From the NCBI RefSeq assembly GCF_009914755.1, contig NC_060929.1: DNA of 64,000 nt, one strand, 5' to 3'. This document shows, piece after piece, positions 56,500 to 64,000 of the stretch (the stretch's first letter is position 1; each line of letters starts with the position of its first letter). The notes beneath the pieces were generated by a model, which ran no database searches, was not told the DNA's origin, and worked only from the letters and a program-made list of their open reading frames with translations. A program made the translations under genes and the position numbers. This DNA comes from the human T2T-CHM13v2.0 reference genome, Homo sapiens.

Positions 56500-58035
56500 G
56501 GCTTTCATCCTTACTTCTCCTTGAGAACCCTGCTTGTCAAGGTCATTAAGGGCCTTGATGCTGCCAGAGCCAAGGCCTCACCTTCCTGCACCTCTCAGCA
56601 ACATTTGGTGTGACTGATACACTGCTTTTTATTTTTGAGCACTTCTTTCATACTGCTTCCAACCTCGCTGACCACTCCTTCTCAGTGGAGAAACTTCTCC
56701 TCTTCCCAATCTCTAAATGTTGAGGTTTCTAGGACTCAGTCCTTAGGCCTTTCTCTTCACTCCCTGGTTACCTCCTCCACTCCCATGACTTTAAGTTTAT
56801 CCACAATGGTGACTCCCAGATTATGTCACCAGCTCAGGCTTTTCATAGGCATCTCAAACTTAACATGTTCCAAACTGACCTTTTGTTTCTTTCCCACAAT
56901 GGCTGCTCCCCCATCTCAGGAAATGGACCAATGTTCCCCTGATTGCACAAAATAAAAAATCCTAGAGCATTCTTGACTTCTGTCTGACCCTTAAACCCCA
57001 CATCAAGCATCAGAAGCTGCCCAGAATCCATCTATTTTGCACCACCTCCACTGCCACCACCACTGCATCTTCTCCAGCCTGAACAACTGCAGTTGCCTCC
57101 TAACTAACCTCTGTGCTTCCACCTCAGAAAACTGTCAATTTGCAGCTCCTCCCCAGCTACCAGAATGATCTCTTTGAAAAGTAAATGAGGCCGGACGTGG
57201 TAGCTCACGCCTGTAATCCTAGCACTTTGAGAGGCCGAGGTGGGTGGATCACCTGAGGTCAGGAGTTTGAGGCCAACCTGGCCAACATGGCGATACCCCA
57301 TCCCTACTAAAAATACAAAAAAAAAAAAAAAATTAGCCAGGCATGGTGGCGAGTGTCTACAATCCCAGCTACTTGGGAGGCTGAGGCAGGAGAATTGCTT
57401 GAACCTGGGGGGCAGAGGTTACAGTGAGGATCAGGCCACATCACTCCAGCCTAGGCAAAAGAGCAAAACTCTATCTCAAAAAAAAAAAAAAGAAAAGAAA
57501 AGTAAATGAGACTATGCCTCTGCTGGAACCCTCCAGTGATTTCCCATCACAATAAAATCCACACTTTGCAATGGTCTGCCCCTCTCTGATTGCTCTCCCA
57601 CCTCCTCTTCCGACACTACCCCCTCCCTCACTCCACTTCAGCCACATGGGTCCCCTTAATGAACACACCAGGGACAGTCCCTTCTTAGGGCCTTTGCTCT
57701 TGCTGTTTCCTCTGCCTGTGCTCATTCCAGATATTTACAGGTTTCACACCCTTCAGGACTCAATAAGTGACCCCCTAAAAGAGGCCCTGATTACCCATTC
57801 TAAAACAGATCATCTGTCACTCTGCAGCTCTTTACCTGGTTTTACCTTTTAATTATCACATGTAATGAACTGATCTATTATTTATTTCTTTATGGGTTAT
57901 CTCCTCCATTGGAATATGAAATCCACCTTAGCAAGTACTTTAATTACTTTGGTTACTTCTGGATTCCTGTATCAGGGAATAATAACTGGCACACAGCAGG
58001 CACTCCTTAAATACTTATTGAATGAATGAATGATG
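56500..58035 (+). mobile_element. Long L2 fragment (interrupted by Alu) ending in (TGAA)n
   Basis: ggcatctcaaacttaacatgttccaaactga...ctccagtgatttcccatcac...ctggcacacagcaggcactcc...ttgaatgaatgaatg. Confidence 0.8.
57189..57496 (+). mobile_element. AluS
   Basis: TSD gaaaagtaaatga at 57176-57188 and 57497-57509. Confidence 0.92.
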
Positions 58036-58065
58036 TCTTAATATCTGGTCTCTGGCCAGGCCCCA

Positions 58066-58266
58066 AGTAGTAGCATGCTAAAGCTGACTTGTACCGGCTC
58101 AGAGCAGTTTATAAGCATCTCTGTTCAACTTTGTGTTCAGTGACATTGTACCAACAGCTTGAAATATGCTGATGGGAATATGTACACCACAGAAATTGAC
58201 AAACACTACACATCAGGGCTCCTTTTTCTTTTCTTTTTTGTAGAGCTATTTACCAGCACACCAAAG
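58066..58266. mobile_element. MER63A-like hAT-Blackjack element
   Basis: gcttgtaccggctc-like start, gttcagtgac...cttgaaat...tacaccacagaaattgacaaacactaca...tttaccagcacacc. Confidence 0.7.
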
Positions 58267-58684
58267 GGTCTGGAAAAGGACTGGAAATAATCTTGGAAGA
58301 AACTCTTTCCTCAAAGGACTCTGGATCACTGAGAGGCCAAGCAGTGCTGCCTCTGGGACCTGGTGACAAAGCCTGATCCTGCATTGCGAAGAGGAGCATT
58401 CTGCTTGGAACAAGGCACTGTGGGACCTGAAGGGAAGAGAGTTCCGTCTAGCCCTTGAGGCTTTGCAACTTTGGGAGGGCTGGGACATAGCATAGCCCTG
58501 AAGGAGAAGGAGAGCTCACAGAAGCACCAGAAGCATCAGCAGCAGTGACTACTCTTTAATGCAACTTGCTGAAAGCAGTTATTAAGAAGGTGGTGGGAAG
58601 AAAGGAACCCACAGGGCCCCCAGAAATATCTAGGGAGCCTTTTTAAGAGGGCCTGAGTTTCACAGGTGAGGACTAATAGACAGA

Positions 58685-58965
58685 TTTTCTTTTAAGAGAC
58701 AATGCTCACCCAGGCTGGTATGCAGTGACACAGTCATAGTTCACTGCAGCCTCGAACTCCTGGCTCAAGGGATCCTCTCACCTCGGCCTCCCAAGTAGCT
58801 GGGACTACAGGTGCATGCCACCATGATCTTCTAATCTTTAAAATTTGTAGAGACAGAGCCCCACTATGTTGCCTAGGCATATCTCAAACTACTGGCCTCA
58901 AGTGATCCTCCTGCCTTGGCCTCCCAAAGCACTGGGATTACAGGTGTAAGCCAGTATATCCAACC
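58685..58965 (-). mobile_element. AluJ
   Basis: Reverse diverged Alu; tagacaga on both sides. Confidence 0.85.
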
Positions 58966-59294
58966 TAGACAGAAAATATTGATTATTCACACTCACGTGA
59001 CCTAATTTGCACCCTCTGACTTGTGAGACTAGAGAGAGTCATCTTGGAAAAGAGGTGTGTGCTCTGAGGCTGGCTCTTTTATTTGAACCGACAGCTTTTA
59101 GTACCAAGAGCTGGAGCTGTGATTCTCAAACTCAGAGAGGAGAAGAATCACTCAGTGAGCTGATTAAAAATACCGACTCACAGTCACCTCCAGCCCCGTC
59201 TAACGGATTTAGCAGATAGAAATAAGACCCAGTAATCTGCGTTTTAAAGAAATGATACAGTTGGTCCATGGACCAGATATTGAGAAGCATTGCA

Positions 59295-59392
59295 CAGATG
59301 GTCAGTGACTCAGGAGGGCTCGATTTACGATCTATCCACTTTACGATGGGTTTTTGGAGACGTTAGCCCCATCGTAATTCCAGGGGCATGGG
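59295..59392. mobile_element. Short MER47-like (Tigger) internally deleted element
   Basis: Both MER47-type ends joined: cagatggtc...cgatttacgat...ctttacgatggg...ccccatcgtaa...ggcatg. Confidence 0.6.
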
Positions 59393-59639
59393 TGATCCAG
59401 CTTACATTGCCGGGTAAGGGCTAGGTTTTACTCCCCCCTCAACGGCGCCTACTGTCTTAACAGGGTCCACTTTGCTAAACACCGAGTTGGAAAAGCAGCT
59501 TCCTCTCTTTCCCAATCTCTGATGGTGCTGCTTCCAGGTGTAACTTCTACCTGCCCTCTGCCTTAAGGGTCCCTAGAACCCAGGATGGCTCCAGAGAAAG
59601 TAAGCTTGTCATCGACCCGTCACTTCCCAGGTGGTTAAC

Positions 59640-60210
59640 GTCCACACCCTGCCCCCAGCGGCGGGGGAGCCGGGCCTACGGGCTAAAGGACGGTGTTGTA
59701 AGAAGCTGGACGAGCCCGGTTCCAGAAACCAAACAGCAGTTGTTATCATGCCTTTTAAATCACGCGTAGAGGTTTCAGTTTCTTCCTCTGCAGGCCCGTA
59801 AATATTTGCCTTCGGGTTTCTGTGTTTTCTGCCGTTGCCAGGAGCTCCGATCCTCCTGCGGCGGGGGCGCCCAGGTGCGCGGGTCTCTCCTGCGGGCTCA
59901 GCGGGCCGGCGCCGCGGCGTCTCCAGCAGAGCGCAGCAAAGAAGACGAAGCCTCCTGGGGCCTTTCCTCGCCGCCTGGAGCGGGGCATCCTTCCTCCTTA
60001 CGTGCAGAGACTGGGAAGCAGCTCTTTAGACACTGCAGTGACCGAGCCCGCTCCACGCCCCTTTCCCCTGAGCAGGTGCTTGACGTGGGGCAAGCTCGGC
60101 GTTGAGGTGGACCCGCGCGCCACCCGCTGGCCAACGCGCCTAAGCGACAGGAGTGCAAAGAAACGAGGCTGCTTGGCAATTCAGCTGGTGCGGCCCTGCG
60201 GCACTTCCCT
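59640..60210. promoter_or_regulatory. Orphan CpG-rich island about 14 kb downstream of ADRA1B
   Basis: Local high GC and CpG density (e.g. gcgggccggcgccgcggcg) in non-repeat DNA with no recognisable coding exon. Confidence 0.7.
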
Positions 60211-60478
60211 TATTCCTTCATAGATGCAGTCAGATATTCTAGAATTCTAGGTTAGGAATGCTTTAACCTGGGGTCCGTGCGCTGGCTTCAGGGAATCTGG
60301 GAGCTCTCTAAAATGCTATAAACAATGTAATATTTTTCTGGAAAAGGGGTGCACACTTTTCATGAGTCTGACTAATTTTATATGGTCTATGGACCAAGTG
60401 CCAGGCAATGTGCAAGCCATTGGTGGTAAGTAGTGATCAAGCAGACGTGTCGCTTCTCCTCGTGGACTTTGTAGTCTT

Positions 60479-61023
60479 TGTGGTAGGCTGAAGAATGCCC
60501 CCCCTCGGCCGGCCGCCCAAAATATGTTCACATCCTAATCCCTGGAACCTGTGAATGTTACCCGTTATGGCAAAGGGGACTTTGCAGATCTAATCAAGTT
60601 AAGGATCGTGAGATGGGGGGATTAGCCTGGATTATCCTGGTGGGCCTGATATCACAAGGGGTCTTATAAGAGGAACACAAAAGGAAACAGACAGAAGACA
60701 ATGTGACAACAGAAGCAGGAGAACAAAGGGACGGACATTTTAAGATGCCACACTGCTGACTTTGAAGATGGGAGACTTTGAAGATGGGGAAAGGAGGCCG
60801 TGAGCCAAAGGATGTGGGCAGACTCTGAAAGCTTGAAAGGTCAAGGAAACAGCTTCTCCCCAGGAGCCTCGGGAAAGAATCCCACTGCTGACACCTTGAC
60901 TTTAGCCCAGTAAAACTGACTGTAGACTTCTGACCTCCAGAACTGCAAGAGAATCAATATGTTTGTTGCTTTATGCCACTATTTTGTAATGCTTTGTTAC
61001 AGCAGCTTTAGGAAGCTAATATG
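60479..61023 (+). mobile_element. MaLR solo LTR (MLT1D-like)
   Basis: tgtggtaggctgaagaatg...cacatcctaatccctggaacctgtgaatgttacc...gacttctgacctccagaactgcaaga...ttgttacagcagc. Confidence 0.85.
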
Positions 61024-61268
61024 CATCTCAGCAGGTGTCAGACTCTAAAAGTGGTAAGAGACCACAGTCCTTTACAATGCTGAGATTCTCTGTATCACTG
61101 GCCCTTCCCCTCTCCAGGAGGAGACAACCAAGAGACAGAAAGTCCAACTGACACTACAGAAGTAGATTTACTGAACTCACCCATGCCATAGAGGTACGTC
61201 TACACCTGAGTCTCTTTCCTAGAGAGTTTCAGAACTAGTTAGGGAGATAAAATTCAAATTACATCTGT

Positions 61269-61478
61269 GGCCGGGCATGGTGGTGCATGCCTGCAATCCC
61301 AACAGTTTAGGAGGCTGAATGGGAGGATCACTTGAGCCCAGGAACTTGAGACCAGCCTGGACAACATAGCAAGACCCCATCTCTACAAAAAAAATTTTAA
61401 AAATTAGCCAGGTTTGGTGATATGCACCTATATTCCTAGCTACTCAGGAGACTAAAACAGGAGGATTACTTGAGGCCA
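61269..61478 (+). mobile_element. AluJ truncated in the right arm
   Basis: Alu stops at cttgaggcca and abuts L1 sequence. Confidence 0.85.
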
Positions 61479-61617
61479 TACATTGATGGCCATTTGGGCT
61501 GCTTTCTACCTTTTGGCTATTGTGAATAATGCTGCTATGAGGATGGGCATATAAATATCTCTTCCAGACACTGCTTTCAATTCTTTTGGATATATGCCTA
61601 GAAATGGATTTTTTTGA

Positions 61618-62046
<429 letters not shown>

Positions 62047-62835
62047 GTTTGTTTTATAGTAAGCACTCTAATGGGTGTGAGATGATACCTCACAGAGATT
62101 CTGATTTGCATTTCCCTAATCATTAGTGATGTGGAGCATCTTTTCATGTGCTTATTGGACATTTACATATTTTCTTTGGAAAAACATTTATTCAAGTCCT
62201 TTGCTCATTTTTTAAATCAACTTATTTGTGTTTGTTGTTGATTTTCAAGTAAGTCTTTTAAGTCAGTTTTTTTGGGGGGGTAAGATTTATATAAAATAAA
62301 ATTCACTATATAAAATGAATTTCACTATTTTAAGTGTAAGATTTTAAGTGTATGATAGGTTTTGACAAATGTATGCAATCATATAACCAACACCACAATC
62401 AAAATACAGAACATTTTCATCACCCCAAAAATCTCTCTCAGGCCCCTGTGCTGTTAAACTCCTCTTCCTTCATCAGCCCTGACAACCACTAATCTCCCCT
62501 ATAGTTTTACCTTTCCCAAATGTCTTATAAATGAAATCATACCCTATGTATCCTTCTATGTCTGGCTTTCTTCCACTTAAAATAATGCCTTTGAGATTCA
62601 TCCATGTTGTTGTATGTGTCAGTAATTCATTCATTTTTATCAGTGAGTGGTATTCCAGTGTATGGATATACTACAATTTGTTTATTAATTCACCAGTTTA
62701 TGGACATTAGATTGTAAATAAAGGTGCCATAAACATTTGCATACAGGTCTTCCTTTCTCTTGAATGAATACCTAGGAGTCAGATTGCTGGGTTGTATGGT
62801 AAGTGTATGTTTAATTTTATAAAAGCTGCCAAACT

Positions 62836-63225
<390 letters not shown>

Positions 63226-63631
63226 TTAGTAACACCTAGTATATTATTCTGTTTCATTTTTAGTCATTCTAATTGGTTTGTAGTGCTCTCTTGTGGCTTT
63301 AATTTGTATTTCCCTAAAGCCTAATAATGTTGAACATCTTTTTATGTGCTTATTTGCCCGCTGTACATCTTTGGTGATGTGTCTGTTTAAATCTTTTGCT
63401 CATTTTTATTGGCAATTTTGCTCTTCTTATTGAGATGTAAGTTATTTATTTACATTATGTGTAATTCTTTTAACGTATATATGCTTTGCAAATATTTTCT
63501 CCCAGTCTTTTCGTTTCTCCTGTCTTTTCATTTCTTTAATAGTGTCTTCTGAAAAGCAGGCATATTTAATTTCAATGAAGTGCACACTTTTTATTGTCCT
63601 ATAAGTAATTTTTTTATTTAAAAAGAATGCA

Positions 63632-63982
<351 letters not shown>

Positions 63983-64000
63983 TTAAGGAATGCAGAGTAA

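Overview
Human (primate) genomic DNA. Alu-, MIR-, L2-, L1-, hAT- and MaLR-rich, with one real coding exon: the terminal exon 2 of the alpha-1B adrenergic receptor gene ADRA1B (+ strand, coding 44452-45065, 3' UTR to about 45590, inside a CpG island). Everything upstream (1-44451) is the distal part of the long ADRA1B intron that interrupts the receptor after TM6. It carries a full-length, antisense, disabled GAPDH processed pseudogene (22858-24146) with a perfect 16-bp target-site duplication. Downstream is intergenic sequence with an orphan CpG-rich island at about 59.6-60.2 kb. I found no convincing new multi-component biological system. Most ORFs in the track are Alu, L1, microsatellite or antisense artefacts. 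The best leads are: (i) two good splice acceptors in the orphan CpG island, in the right phase to give ADRA1B 6-TM isoforms; (ii) a PHOX2/P3-type palindrome cluster in unique intronic DNA next to a strong Z-DNA microsatellite; (iii) 3' UTR G-quadruplex tracts; (iv) several template-switch or duplication scars, including an Alu whose 3' end is replaced by a fold-back hairpin and an Alu that may be two independent monomers. Repeat subfamily names are by eye from remembered consensus sequences, and repeat boundaries without TSDs are approximate.
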